A DNA stretch of 64,000 nucleotides from the NCBI GenBank assembly GCA_963777505.1, contig CAVZQN010000006.1, positions 224,001 through 288,000 on the forward strand, read 5' to 3'. Positions 1-10,835 of the stretch are shown one piece after another. A program made the position numbers and the translations under genes. The notes beneath the pieces were generated by a model. That model was not told the DNA's origin. It was given only the letters and a program-made list of their open reading frames with translations, and ran no database searches. Numbering within the stretch: the first letter of the stretch is position 1; each line of letters begins with the position of its first letter. Source of the stretch: an uncultured bacterium. GTDB taxonomy: Bacteria > Acidobacteriota > HRBIN11 > JAKEFK01.

Positions 1-2
1 AT

Positions 3-731
3 TTTTCCTGGGGGCCTCCATATCAAGGAAACAATGAAATTCAAATTTGGGAGCAAAATCGTCATTTAAGAATCGCTGATAATTGGAGCGAGCATTCGCA
101 GGGTGAAAAAGTCCAGGAGACTGAAAAAGATATTCCAGCGCAAGTTGCAATGGACTTTGAATTGGAGAATGCCGGCAGTAAAACAATCCTGAGGCTCGTC
201 CATTCAGGCTTTGGAGCCGACACGGATTGGGAAGATGAGTTTGATGCAACCAGTCGTGGCTGGATTTTTGAGCTTAAGAATTTGAAGCACTATCTTGAAA
301 ACCACGAAGGAAGTACGCGTCAAGTAATTTGGGCGCGCACTCTTTTGATGAACACACGGGAAGAAGTTTGGATGCGCATTATGAGTCAAGAAGGCTTCTT
401 GCAGGAAGGCTCCATTGAAGGTTTACGCCAGGGTGACTCGTATTCGATTAAGACCGCTGGCGGGTTTGAGTTCAAAGGCAGAGTCATTTTGAACAAACCG
501 CCGGTCGAATTTTATGGAACCGTTGAAAGCTTCAATAATGCTATTTTTTGTTTCCGTATTGAACGAGGCACTGCTTGCGGAATTCCAAGGGATGCAGATC
601 TGGACTCTCTCAAAAAGCAGGTTCAGCCGAATTTATGGCTTTCATTGTGGGATCAACCGAACCACTTACAGGTTGATATTCAAGCTGCCTGGACACGCTA
701 TCTGACGAAACAGTTTCCCGATGCGAAATGA
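3..731 (+). CDS. SRPBCC/AHSA1-like domain protein (5' end outside window)
   Basis: Frame of ORF 150..731 is open back to position 3 (FSWGPPY...). Motif 'TILRLVHSGF...TSRGW...LKHYLE' is typical of SRPBCC/AHSA1. Confidence 0.7.
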   Translation, partial: FSWGPPYQGNNEIQIWEQNRHLRIADNWSEHSQGEKVQETEKDIPAQVAMDFELENAGSKTILRLVHSGFGADTDWEDEFDATSRGWIFELKNLKHYLENHEGSTRQVIWARTLLMNTREEVWMRIMSQEGFLQEGSIEGLRQGDSYSIKTAGGFEFKGRVILNKPPVEFYGTVESFNNAIFCFRIERGTACGIPRDADLDSLKKQVQPNLWLSLWDQPNHLQVDIQAAWTRYLTKQFPDAK

Positions 732-740
732 TTGGCGATA

Positions 741-774
741 GCAGGGTCGGGTCTAAGGCCCGCCCCACCCCTAC
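741..774 (-). repeat. GTAG-type REP-like palindrome
   Basis: Reverse complement GTAGGGGTGGGGCGGGCCTTAGACCCGACCC matches the element at 53238. Confidence 0.6.
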
Positions 775-807
775 CGAGAATGCCGGTTGCGATCTAATAT
801 TTGATGT

Positions 808-1683
808 ATGAAAAGAGCAACCGTATTGTCAGCATTTCTCTTATTCTTTTTTACCCTGACTGTTCATCCAGTTGAGGATTCATTCCGAAAATACTGGTAT
901 CAGGGGAAGGCAGAATTAACCCGGTACAATCTTCAACAAGCTCGCTATGGAGAGGTGCATCAAGGTGAAGCTGTTCTGGTTTTTGTCACCGAACCTTTCT
1001 TAAATGCCAAACAGGTGAAGTATGAGCATGGTGATAAAACCGGCTCGCAGTCTGTGTTGAAACTCAATTTCACTCGCAAATTTTATACAGGCATCTATCC
1101 CTATTCGATGATGACTTCAGTGTTTACGCCAGTTGATTATCAGAAGTCGCGTACGCTCAAAATCACTACATCAAGCCAGGAATGGTGCGGCCATACATTT
1201 ACGCAAATGAACCTGCGTGATAAAGGTTATGAAGTTTTGGTGCGTTCCTATTTTCAAGATGAAGCAGATCAGAATTTCAACATTTCGCAAGCGTGGTTAG
1301 AAGATGAACTCTGGACCCGCATTCGCCTCGCACCCGAAACTCTTCCAACAGGTGACGTCGAAATTGTTCCCGGCCTACAGTTTGTGCGTTTGTGGCACAA
1401 GAATGCAAAACCGGTGAAGGCCTCAGCCAAAATAACTCAAGAAGGAAAACTAAAACTGTACACGATCAACTACCCGGAAATTAACAGGCAATTAAAAATA
1501 CAATTTCAAAATGATTTTCCATATGAGATTGTCTATTGGGAAGAGACTCAGCCGGGTGGTTTTGGCGGGAGCGCTCCTTTAACAACCAAAGCTACAAAAA
1601 CGAAAAGTATTTTGCTTGATTACTGGAATCATAACGGAAATGAAGATGCTCACTATCGTAAGGAACTTGGTTTAACGCAATAG
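808..1683 (+). CDS. Secreted conserved hypothetical protein
   Basis: Signal peptide; YWYQGKAELTRY..QARYGE and SSQEWCGH motifs; 291 aa. Confidence 0.65.
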   Translation: MKRATVLSAFLLFFFTLTVHPVEDSFRKYWYQGKAELTRYNLQQARYGEVHQGEAVLVFVTEPFLNAKQVKYEHGDKTGSQSVLKLNFTRKFYTGIYPYSMMTSVFTPVDYQKSRTLKITTSSQEWCGHTFTQMNLRDKGYEVLVRSYFQDEADQNFNISQAWLEDELWTRIRLAPETLPTGDVEIVPGLQFVRLWHKNAKPVKASAKITQEGKLKLYTINYPEINRQLKIQFQNDFPYEIVYWEETQPGGFGGSAPLTTKATKTKSILLDYWNHNGNEDAHYRKELGLTQ

Positions 1684-1690
1684 TGAGAAA

Positions 1691-3544
1691 CTAACGGTTA
1701 ATCCGCACAAACATACGCCGCGTTTTTCCATAAATTTCTTTGTCTCCTTGCGACATTATGACTGCGACTTCTAGAATGAAATCTCCTTGACGATCCGGTG
1801 TTTCGGTTTGTGCAAGAAACGGATAAGACTCTCCGGGAAAAACGTTGAATCGCAGTCTTCTTCGCACTGTCAATCGCTCGAGCAGAAGTTCTTTTCGATA
1901 CCAGTTCAACGCAATACTTACATTTCCAGCCTTTCGAAGTCGACCATATTTCCAAACCGCATTGCCGGTGTTGATTGCTTCCATATGAAAAGAAAACTCT
2001 CTAGATGGTTTCATCTGAGTCCTTTCAGGTAGATCCACTCTGATATCGGAGCCAAACAATTCTGGATGCGTTTGAGTTGTCGGTTTATTCATCAAACGAA
2101 TCTGCATCGTATCGATTGACCGCCGTGGAGAGTTGACCAACTGATTGTCATTCCATATCCATGCATGTTGCGGATTGGAATCAATGTCAAAGTCTGCATT
2201 CCAAAACGGATCATTTGCGTATGCGCCGATTGCATGAGCGCTAAAAGAACAGAAAACCAGAAGAGCAAATACTGCTTTGACCCATCGCAGCTTAAGAAGT
2301 GGAATTACAAAGATAAGGAATGAACATAAGATGGGTGTTAGATCGGCCAGTAAACGAGGACCGTATGTAAATCCGCCCCACCACATAAAAAACTTGCTAT
2401 AAAGAATGAGATTCGCAATGACGCCGATACTTAAATAACGAAAAAACAAATCTCCATCTTTTCTCCATGTCAGAATGATTCCAATCAATGAAAAGATGAA
2501 AATAGGTGAGTAAATCAAAAGACCCCGAGCAGGGCTAAACAGAATACTGGCCAGGCCTTCGAAAAACGGAGTGGACCAGAAACTTGCATCCATCACATTC
2601 CATTGTGTACGAAAGAAATTATCAAAATAAACCTTGTTGTAGATGAGTTGGAATAAGACCGGCGGAATTCCAGTCAACATCAATTTCGGAAATTGGCGCG
2701 TACGATGAAATAAAACGTAAAGACCAACAGGTATGATCAGCAAAGCGTCTGTTGGACGGCACATAACGGCAAGGCTTGCTGGAAAGCCAGCAAGAGCCGT
2801 CCACAAATGTTGTTGTGAACCACGAACAATACAATACAAAACTGCGCTTAAACAAAGCTGACTTGCACCATGTTGCCAGAGTGCTTGACTGCTCACGCTA
2901 AATGAACTTGTCGCAAGGGCATAAATCGCTGCAATCATCAAAGCTATATTTCGCGATGAAAGACGCAGTATCGTGAAATACAAAACAATTACGGATAGCA
3001 CGACCGTGATTGAAGCTGCGAGTTTCTCTAGATCGGAAGAAATCCAGCTGTTTGGAGGAACATCGCCAACAGCGGAAAGAAAATAATATGGAAGCGCAAA
3101 AATCGCAGCGCCGACAGGATAGGAGGATAAGTAATGTGACCCTATTTTTATCAGGCCAGAACGATCCGCCCGTGGATGAAGATTGCGAAATTCATCAAGA
3201 TCAAAATCTCCCTCACGCAATATACTGAATGGTAAATAACGCGCAGGTGCTGTATCGCTTGCTGCAGCGGTCATGTAATTCCCTGAATACAGCATCACCA
3301 CAATACAAATCAGGAGAACAAGAGAATTTTCGCGTATGACTTCCTTAAATGAGTTTCCCTGTTTAAGAAGTGTGTATGTGAAAATCAGGACACATAAAAT
3401 GAGGATGACTGATGCAGGCCGCACACGCTCATTGAATCCAGCTAGCTGAAAATATCCGCCTTGATAAAGAATGATCAGCAAACCAAGAAACACAAACGCA
3501 ATTAAAAAAAGAAGTGAAACGCGAACGATATTTTTGAATCGCAT
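1691..3544 (-). CDS. Polytopic membrane glycosyltransferase (GT-C/ArnT-PMT-like) with C-terminal Ig-like domain
   Basis: Many TM helices; 'WWGGFTYGPRLL' and 'CRPTDALL' motifs; beta-rich C-terminus (AINTGNAVW). Confidence 0.65.
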   Translation of the reverse strand: MRFKNIVRVSLLFLIAFVFLGLLIILYQGGYFQLAGFNERVRPASVILILCVLIFTYTLLKQGNSFKEVIRENSLVLLICIVVMLYSGNYMTAAASDTAPARYLPFSILREGDFDLDEFRNLHPRADRSGLIKIGSHYLSSYPVGAAIFALPYYFLSAVGDVPPNSWISSDLEKLAASITVVLSVIVLYFTILRLSSRNIALMIAAIYALATSSFSVSSQALWQHGASQLCLSAVLYCIVRGSQQHLWTALAGFPASLAVMCRPTDALLIIPVGLYVLFHRTRQFPKLMLTGIPPVLFQLIYNKVYFDNFFRTQWNVMDASFWSTPFFEGLASILFSPARGLLIYSPIFIFSLIGIILTWRKDGDLFFRYLSIGVIANLILYSKFFMWWGGFTYGPRLLADLTPILCSFLIFVIPLLKLRWVKAVFALLVFCSFSAHAIGAYANDPFWNADFDIDSNPQHAWIWNDNQLVNSPRRSIDTMQIRLMNKPTTQTHPELFGSDIRVDLPERTQMKPSREFSFHMEAINTGNAVWKYGRLRKAGNVSIALNWYRKELLLERLTVRRRLRFNVFPGESYPFLAQTETPDRQGDFILEVAVIMSQGDKEIYGKTRRMFVRINR

Positions 3545-3624
3545 TGTTCAAATAACAGAGTCACAGATTGATTTTAAGATATTATTGCTGGATGAACCCA
3601 ATGAGCGTGAGTTTCAAATCATAC

Positions 3625-6054
3625 ATGAAGAACTCGATCCCAATCATCTTATTCTTCGCAATAGTGTTCTCGTTTACATCTTTTACGAACGCTTATGACT
3701 TGCGGAATGCGCGCGTGGAACGCCTTGAAAATGGGCTAACAGTCATGATTCTTGAAGACCGGACGCAGCCTCTAGTAAGCACACAAGTCTTATATAAAGC
3801 CGGCGGCCGCAATGAATGTACCGGTGCTACCGGCCTCGCTCATTTTCTTGAACATATGGCATTTCGTTCTACAAAAAATTTTCCAGACACTCAAGTCGTC
3901 AGCAAAATTTATGCTGAAGGTGGAGAGTGGCACGGGTATACATGGATCGATCAGACAACGTATTTTGAAACAGTTCCTATAGAAGATTTGGATTTAGTTT
4001 TGCAGATTCAAGCTGACAGAATGGCTAATACTCTTATCAACGCGCCGGATGTTGAAACTGAACGTGGATCTGTAATGACAGAATTGCGCGGTTATGAAAA
4101 TGATCCTTCCTCAGTTTTGAGTGACGCTGTAATAGCGACTTCATTTCAACAGCATCCTTATCGATACAATGTGATCGGATGGCCCAGTGATGTTGAAAAA
4201 ATATCTCACAAAGATCTGGTAGATTTTTATGCGCGTTTTTATAGCCCTTCCAATGCTGTGCTTGCGATTTGCGGAGATATCACAACAACAGAGGCACTGT
4301 TTAAAGCTCAAAAGTACTTTTCAAAAATTCCAGGTACTGTAGCGCAATCCGAACCTCGCACAGTAGAACCTCCACAGATTGGTGAACGCAGAGTCACATT
4401 ACGGGGTCCAGGTTCCGTTCACTATTTCCAGATGAGCTGGCGCGCGCCTGCCGCAAGCGATCCGGATTATCCATCATTTTTATTGCTTCAATCGCTTCTG
4501 AGCGGAGCTTATGGCGTTAATTTCCGTCAGCGCAGTGATGCTGATGTTCGCAAAGGAACCAGATTGTACGGAATAAAAGGGAACCTGAAAACATACTTGT
4601 TTTCAAGCGCAGATCCTTATGTCTTTACAATTACTGGTTACATCAATGCATCTGAATCAAGGGAAAATATTGAGAAAGAAATTGAATCGAAAATCCGGGA
4701 ACTTAGAGAAAATCTAGTCCCGAATCAAGAACTTGAACATATAAAAACAGACTTTTTTTCAGAACTGATATTCGACGTTGAGACCACTGAAGATGCTGCA
4801 CATCAGATGGCGTTTTTCGAAGGAGTAAACGCATTTAATGTTCTGCAAAAACTCCCCGATTTGATTTCGAGAATTTCCGCGGAAGACATTCAGCGCACAG
4901 CCGAAAAATACCTTCAACCGCATCTGTGTACGATTGGATGGTACATCGCAGACGGCAAAAATATTTCACAAAATAGCACAACACCAATCAGGTTTGCCAA
5001 AGGAAAATCGCTGGAATCACCAGAATCTAAGAATCCTCCGGGGATTTTCCAACCTCGCACACGGACTTTGAAGAATGGAATTACCTTGATTGTTCAAAAG
5101 ATATCGCGCACACCAACAGGTTTTCTCCGCGCGGTTGTTCCTTCAAATGAAATTGAACCCGATGGGGATTATTCAAAAGACAATCCATTATGGGGATATA
5201 CATCCATTAATTCTAAGTTCTTAAAACAGCATGTAAACATTGCGGTCGCTGACATGCGCAAACTTTTTGATAAACCGTTTGCGCGAACGGAGTCAGATCC
5301 CACTCAACAAGATGATCCGGAATTCAGGCTGAACTCGACTTTGGAGCAAATGCTGAATCTGCAAAAACGCACAGCAAAAAATTCGCCGATTGTAATCGTA
5401 ATGACAGGTGATATTGAAGAAGAGGATGCATTCACGTTGCTTTCAGATGCATTTTCTAATTTTAGAAATCCGGGTAAAGCTTCTAGCAGTGCTTTTAAGG
5501 TAACGGAGCGCGAAAAAATCATTCGAATTCCAGGGAAGGCTCAATCACAACTTGGATATGCTGTGCCTGCTGCTTCTCCTTCGGATCCGGCTGCCTCAGC
5601 CTGGAAAATGCTGCGTTACATCATGGCTCATGATTACGAAGGAAGATTGGGAAAAGAATTAATTGGGCGACAGGGACTTTTATACGGAATTGAAAGTGGA
5701 TACCGCTCTGATGGAGAAAAAGGTTGGATCTCTATAACTACTGGCGTGAATCCGGAGAAGCTTTCCGTTGTTAAGCAGCGTTTTCAGGAAATAATGCGCG
5801 GACTCATTTCAAATCCACCCTCTTCTTCCGAAATTGCAGAAGCAAAAAATCATTTAATTGGGCGCCGTAAAACTGCGTATCAGAGCAATGATGAGATTTC
5901 AAGATTCATTGCTGCGGAATGGATTGAAAACGGTAAATTATTATCCCAACAAGAATTCGAGCGGCGAATCAATTCTGTTAGTGAAGAACAAGTACGCAAC
6001 CTTGTGCCAGCATTTTTAGCGGGTGTTACCGCAATCATCGATTGCAGTTTGTAG
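3625..6054 (+). CDS. M16 family (pitrilysin-like) zinc peptidase
   Basis: TGLAHFLEHM inverted zinc motif HxxEH; signal peptide from ATG 3625 (start uncertain, 3568-3625). Confidence 0.9.
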   Translation: MKNSIPIILFFAIVFSFTSFTNAYDLRNARVERLENGLTVMILEDRTQPLVSTQVLYKAGGRNECTGATGLAHFLEHMAFRSTKNFPDTQVVSKIYAEGGEWHGYTWIDQTTYFETVPIEDLDLVLQIQADRMANTLINAPDVETERGSVMTELRGYENDPSSVLSDAVIATSFQQHPYRYNVIGWPSDVEKISHKDLVDFYARFYSPSNAVLAICGDITTTEALFKAQKYFSKIPGTVAQSEPRTVEPPQIGERRVTLRGPGSVHYFQMSWRAPAASDPDYPSFLLLQSLLSGAYGVNFRQRSDADVRKGTRLYGIKGNLKTYLFSSADPYVFTITGYINASESRENIEKEIESKIRELRENLVPNQELEHIKTDFFSELIFDVETTEDAAHQMAFFEGVNAFNVLQKLPDLISRISAEDIQRTAEKYLQPHLCTIGWYIADGKNISQNSTTPIRFAKGKSLESPESKNPPGIFQPRTRTLKNGITLIVQKISRTPTGFLRAVVPSNEIEPDGDYSKDNPLWGYTSINSKFLKQHVNIAVADMRKLFDKPFARTESDPTQQDDPEFRLNSTLEQMLNLQKRTAKNSPIVIVMTGDIEEEDAFTLLSDAFSNFRNPGKASSSAFKVTEREKIIRIPGKAQSQLGYAVPAASPSDPAASAWKMLRYIMAHDYEGRLGKELIGRQGLLYGIESGYRSDGEKGWISITTGVNPEKLSVVKQRFQEIMRGLISNPPSSSEIAEAKNHLIGRRKTAYQSNDEISRFIAAEWIENGKLLSQQEFERRINSVSEEQVRNLVPAFLAGVTAIIDCSL

Positions 6055-6150
6055 AAAGGCACGCCGCTGAAATCTGCCGAAGGCAGACGAAGCAGTGCCG
6101 TTAGAGTTCACGGCACTGCCTCGCATTCGCTCGGCTGCGTGCCTTACTAC
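6051..6150. repeat. GTAG-flanked long inverted repeat (REPIN-like) between convergent genes
   Basis: GTAGAAAGGCACGC...GCGTGCCTTACTAC ends, with nested hairpins TCTGCCGAAGGCAGA and GCAGTGCCGT/ACGGCACTGC. Confidence 0.65.
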
Positions 6151-6155
6151 AAACT

Positions 6156-7355
6156 CTATTCGGCACGCAGGGCTTCTAACGGATCAAGATTCGCAGCTCT
6201 GCGCGCTGGCATCACGCCGCTCACGAGTCCAACGATCACGCTCACGATGACTGAAAGAACAACATACATCGTTGGTACCTGGATCGGTAAAGCGGGAATC
6301 AATAATCCTAAAGTCAGTGCTACAAACAAACCGCCAAGGACGCCAATAACCCCTCCCGTGGTTGAAAGTACCGCTGCTTCAGCAAGAAACAGAGTCAGAA
6401 CCTGTTTTGGTTCTGCCCCGATCGCTTTTTGCAAACCAATTTCGCTAATTCGTTCATTCACAGAAATCCACATCATTGTTAAAATTCCAACCGCCCCTAC
6501 AAGCAAAGAAATTCCTGCTATCGCTCCCACAGCCATCGTAAGAATGTTTAGAATATTGCCGAGTGTATCTAACATTTCTGTTTGAGTAATCACTGTAAAG
6601 TCTTCTTCATCATCATGCTGCTCTTTCATGACCTCTTTTACACGTTTTGTTATCAAATCAACGGGCGTGTTCGTAGAGTACGTCAGATCAATTTCGTTGA
6701 GTCCTTCTTTGTTAAAGAGTTTCAATGCGAGTGACACAGGAATATAAGCGGAGTCATCAATATCAATTCCAAGCATTTGCCCTTTTGATTCCATCAACCC
6801 GATCACTTGAAATCGGCGTCCACCAATATCGATGTACTTACCCAATGCATTTTCATCGGCGAATAGTTCACGTTTCAAGCTGGGTCCAAGAATGGCAACT
6901 GGTGGTCCACGGCGTGGATCACCTGGTGGAATAAAGGATCCTTGCCGGATTTTGAATTTCCAGACTTCAAGAACATCAGAAGTAACGCCGTATACAAATA
7001 CAGACCTTCCCCGGTTTTTGTATTCAACGCGCCCTGATCCAAAAGAGACGGGCACAACTTTTTCTACACCTTGAATGCGCTTCAAACGTTCTGCATCTTC
7101 AAGAGTTAGATTCCGTGTGCTTGATGCGATGCCTGGTATACCAAAGGTTTCAGATTTGCCAGGGTGAATGGCCATTAAGTTTGTTCCAAATTGTGTAAAC
7201 TGCGTAAGCACAAATGTGCGTAAACCTTCACCGATTGAAGTGAGAAGAATGACTGATGCGGTGCCGATGGCGATTCCTAACATGGTGAGAATCGTACGCA
7301 ATCTGTGCGCACGGATCGTTCCGATTGTTAATCGAGCAACATCATCAAATTGCAT
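6156..7355 (-). CDS. ABC transporter permease (MacB/FtsX-like)
   Basis: RTILTMLGIAIG; ERISEIGLQKAIGA; PARRAANLDPLEALR. Confidence 0.9.
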   Translation of the reverse strand: MQFDDVARLTIGTIRAHRLRTILTMLGIAIGTASVILLTSIGEGLRTFVLTQFTQFGTNLMAIHPGKSETFGIPGIASSTRNLTLEDAERLKRIQGVEKVVPVSFGSGRVEYKNRGRSVFVYGVTSDVLEVWKFKIRQGSFIPPGDPRRGPPVAILGPSLKRELFADENALGKYIDIGGRRFQVIGLMESKGQMLGIDIDDSAYIPVSLALKLFNKEGLNEIDLTYSTNTPVDLITKRVKEVMKEQHDDEEDFTVITQTEMLDTLGNILNILTMAVGAIAGISLLVGAVGILTMMWISVNERISEIGLQKAIGAEPKQVLTLFLAEAAVLSTTGGVIGVLGGLFVALTLGLLIPALPIQVPTMYVVLSVIVSVIVGLVSGVMPARRAANLDPLEALRAE

Positions 7356-8560
7356 TATCGTTTCGCAAGTGCCTGAATCGGATCAAGTTTTGAAGCGCGC
7401 CTTGCTGGCCACACTCCAAAAATAATTCCAACTCCGAATGCCACCGCAAGCGCTGTCACTACAGCCCAATTTGGAACTTCAGCGGGAAGAGCAGGAAATA
7501 ATTTCATTGCAAGGTCAACTAAAAATGACGCAAGTATCAAGCCTGTAATTCCTCCCAGGAGCGAAAGCAATGCAGCTTCAGCAAGAAAGACAAGCACGAC
7601 TTGTGAAGGTTTGACTCCTACGGCTTTGAGCAGTCCAATCTCCGGAGTTCGTTCTGAAACTGAAACTAGCATGACGTTCATAATCCCGATTCCTGCAACT
7701 GTCAGCGAAATTGCAGCAATTCCAGCAAGAGCAAGAGTTAAGGCAGTAAAAATTTCGTTAAAAGAACTTAAAACCGAATCTTGAGTAATGAGAGTCACGT
7801 CTTCTTCATTGTTATGACGTTCTATAAGAATTTTCAAAACATCACGCTCAACAGCATCGAGTTCTGAATAGGAATTCGCTTCGATAAAAATTCGAAATAA
7901 AGATGTGAGATCAAACACTCTCATTGCGGATGCTACGGGAACCGCGACCATGTCATCGATATCGAATCCCATGCTTTGCCCTTTTGATTCCAACACTCCA
8001 ATGATTCGAAACCGGTGATCGCCAACATGAAGAATTCTTCCAAGCGGATTGACTCCTGGAAATAATTCTTTTTGGATCAACGTACCTATGACGCAGACAG
8101 TCGCTCCACGGCCGACATCTCCCTTTGGGATAAATGAACCACGTGAAACTTTCAGTTTTCGAATTTCAGCAAATTCATAAGTCGTACCCATGATGTTTGT
8201 ATTCCTACTTCTGGATTGGTAAGAAACAAGTGCCTGACCAAATGTCAAAGGTGCAACCCTTCGAACTCTTGGAACTCGCTTTTCGATAGCGGTCATATCT
8301 TCAAGTGTCAGATCGTTTGGTGTTCCACCCATGGCTGGAATTGCGCCCGTTGTTTCAACTTTGCCTGGCAGTACGATTACAAGATTGCTGCCTAGTGTTG
8401 CGAGTTCGCCTGTTACATATGTCCTGGCGCCTTCACCAAGAGCCGTAAGAAGCACAACAGAAGACACGCCGATTGCAACACCTATCATGCTGAGGATGCT
8501 GCGCAGTTTGTGTCCCTTTAACGCTTTCCACGCAAACAAAAAGGTATCAATCGGATTCAC
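7355..8560 (-). CDS. ABC transporter permease (MacB/FtsX-like)
   Basis: GIGIMNVMLVSVSERTPEIG; PARRASKLDPIQAL. Confidence 0.9.
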   Translation of the reverse strand: MNPIDTFLFAWKALKGHKLRSILSMIGVAIGVSSVVLLTALGEGARTYVTGELATLGSNLVIVLPGKVETTGAIPAMGGTPNDLTLEDMTAIEKRVPRVRRVAPLTFGQALVSYQSRSRNTNIMGTTYEFAEIRKLKVSRGSFIPKGDVGRGATVCVIGTLIQKELFPGVNPLGRILHVGDHRFRIIGVLESKGQSMGFDIDDMVAVPVASAMRVFDLTSLFRIFIEANSYSELDAVERDVLKILIERHNNEEDVTLITQDSVLSSFNEIFTALTLALAGIAAISLTVAGIGIMNVMLVSVSERTPEIGLLKAVGVKPSQVVLVFLAEAALLSLLGGITGLILASFLVDLAMKLFPALPAEVPNWAVVTALAVAFGVGIIFGVWPARRASKLDPIQALAKR

Positions 8561-9232
8561 TTGTGGATTTCCTCTACGATCGTTCCATCACGAAGCAAAA
8601 TTCGACGCTTCGCTCGTTCACCAATTGAAGGATCATGTGTTACAAGAATGACGCTCAAGCCGCCGCGATTCATTTCTTCGATTAATGCAATTATTTCTTG
8701 CCCGGAGTGAGTGTCCAGATTTCCAGTCGGCTCATCTGCCAGCAAAATTGTTGGATCCATAACGACTGCTCGCGCAATGGCAACACGCTGACGCTCACCT
8801 CCGGAAAGTTGATTCGGCCTGTGATTCATGCGATGCGATAACCCAACGCTAGTCAGAGCTTTTTCCACACGCTGACGTCTTTCTGCGCGGCTTATTCCTG
8901 CAAATATCATCGGTAATTCCACATTACCGGCAGCATCCAAGTCGCGAGACCAGATGAAAAAACTGAAAAACAAATCCAATATGAAATCTTCGAATCAATG
9001 CAAGTTCATTTTCGGATAAATTGGTGACATCTTTTCCATCTAATAAATATTTGCCACTGGTTGGATGATCCAAACATCCAATGACATTCAACAGTGTAGA
9101 TTTTCCTGATCCGGAAGGTCCCATAAGCGAAACATATTCGCCGTTTTGAATTTCGAGATTGATACTTTTGAGTGCATGAACAGTTTCTTCACCGACTTGA
9201 AACTGTCGGCTGATGTTGATGAGCTGAATCAT
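8557..9232 (-). CDS. ABC transporter ATP-binding protein (LolD/MacB-like), one apparent frameshift near 8935
   Basis: Walker A GPSGSGKS in ORF 8924..9232; LSGGERQRVAIARA and Walker B LLADEPTG in ORF 8557..8979. Confidence 0.88.
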
Positions 9233-9262
9233 AATGCGGCACTCCCCGGATCGGGATGAAGA

Positions 9263-10417
9263 TTACTTTCCTACTTCTTCAGTGGTTTTTACTTCGACAC
9301 CCTCTTTTACTTCAGCACGTTCCAGCGAAACCGTAATGACATCACCTTCTTTCAATCCTTCCGTAATTTCGATGTAATCCCAGTTTCGCAAACCAGTCTT
9401 TACATTTCGTGCGACGAGTGTGTTATCAACAACAAGTAAAACGCGACTTCCTTCCATCAAGGCATAAGCAGGGATGCGCAGAACGTTATCGCGTGCGCTC
9501 AGGATTACTTCAATATCGGCGGAAGTTCCCGGAAGAAGCTTTTTTGAGAATTGAACATCCTTAAATTCGGATTCAACATCTACAGTACGGTTTTGCCCTT
9601 CTACATCACGCACAAAGGGAGCAATCTTGGTAACTGTTCCTGGAAACGTTTGATCAGGATATGGATCCAGGCTCATTCGGACCGGGAGATCTAAACGTAA
9701 TTTAGCTGCATCCGTTTCATCAATCGGTGCTTCAACATAAATTCCAGACTCGTCCAGCATATCGATTACTGGCGGAATGGGAACGCCAGGCGGCGAAGGT
9801 GTAACCCATTCTCCAAGTTCAGTCGTTACTTCAACAACAACGCCATCAAAAGGTGCACGAAGTTCCGTTTTTTTCAAAGCAGCACGATAAACTTCGATAT
9901 TTGCTCTTGCACGGCTTGTATCGGCTTGAGCTGCTTCACAACGGGAACGCGCAGCTTCATATTGGTTGGAGGATTGATCGAGAACTGCATCCGATACAAT
10001 GCCTTGTTTATGCAATGCTTCACTCCGCTGCGACTCTTTTCGTGCAAGTTCTGCTGAGACACACGCTTCCTTTCTTGCAGCATCCGTTGACTCTGCCGCT
10101 TTTTGTGCGAGTTCAAGTGAAGCCTTGTATTCGGTGTCATCAAGACGCAACAAAAGCTGGCCTTTTTTCACACGCTGCGCTTCGCGCGCATCAATAAATA
10201 CAACTCTGCCACCAATTTCCGGACTTAGATTTGAGCGCTTCCGAACTTTGACAGTACCCGCTTTACTGTTCGTCACAGTTTGTTCAACTCTTCCGCGCTG
10301 AACACGATAGATAGAAACCTCAATCGGTTTTGGTGCAAACAACGTCATGCGCAGCAGAAAAATAATTCCAACAAGAAGGCCAAGAATGATTAAACGGTTT
10401 CGCCACTTCGAACTCAT
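9263..10417 (-). CDS. Efflux periplasmic adaptor (MacA/HlyD family)
   Basis: N-terminal TM anchor, lipoyl halves (VKKGQLLLRLD / LRAPFDGVV), coiled coil. Confidence 0.9.
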   Translation of the reverse strand: MSSKWRNRLIILGLLVGIIFLLRMTLFAPKPIEVSIYRVQRGRVEQTVTNSKAGTVKVRKRSNLSPEIGGRVVFIDAREAQRVKKGQLLLRLDDTEYKASLELAQKAAESTDAARKEACVSAELARKESQRSEALHKQGIVSDAVLDQSSNQYEAARSRCEAAQADTSRARANIEVYRAALKKTELRAPFDGVVVEVTTELGEWVTPSPPGVPIPPVIDMLDESGIYVEAPIDETDAAKLRLDLPVRMSLDPYPDQTFPGTVTKIAPFVRDVEGQNRTVDVESEFKDVQFSKKLLPGTSADIEVILSARDNVLRIPAYALMEGSRVLLVVDNTLVARNVKTGLRNWDYIEITEGLKEGDVITVSLERAEVKEGVEVKTTEEVGK

Positions 10418-10490
10418 CGTTGCACCAAAGGCAACAATTCAACCATAAAGTTTGGCTAGATGCTATTAACCGCAGAGACGCACAGTCAGA

Positions 10491-10835
10491 TTATCTCTGG
10501 GTAGTCAGCTCGGCATATTTGCCGTGGCCTTCCCAAATGCGTAGCGTAAATGAATAGGGAAGCCGGCTGGAAATTCTATTGGCGAGCAATTCACAGATGT
10601 TTTCAACAGAAGGGTAGTCAAGAAATTCATTAAACGAACGATGATCATATTCAGCAAGGATGTCTTTTACAGATCTTTTTAGATCAGCAAAATCCACAAT
10701 CATTCCGTTTTTTTTCTCACCTTCAATAATGATGTCTACAGTGTATGTATGTCCGTGGAGGCGTCCGCATTTTTCATGCTCGGGCAAATAATGAGCACAA
10801 TCAATGTATTCCGTGATTCCAAGCTTCATATTCAT
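10491..10835 (-). CDS. queD: 6-carboxytetrahydropterin synthase QueD
   Basis: AH...CGRLHGHTY, VDF..LK, DH..N, PSVEN motifs. Confidence 0.88.
   Translation of the reverse strand: MNMKLGITEYIDCAHYLPEHEKCGRLHGHTYTVDIIIEGEKKNGMIVDFADLKRSVKDILAEYDHRSFNEFLDYPSVENICELLANRISSRLPYSFTLRIWEGHGKYAELTTQR

Noticed and set aside
6139-6585. Antisense/shadow ORFs (this one and many 60-150 aa ORFs inside larger genes)
   Set aside because: They lie opposite or within well-supported genes and have no motifs or RBS.
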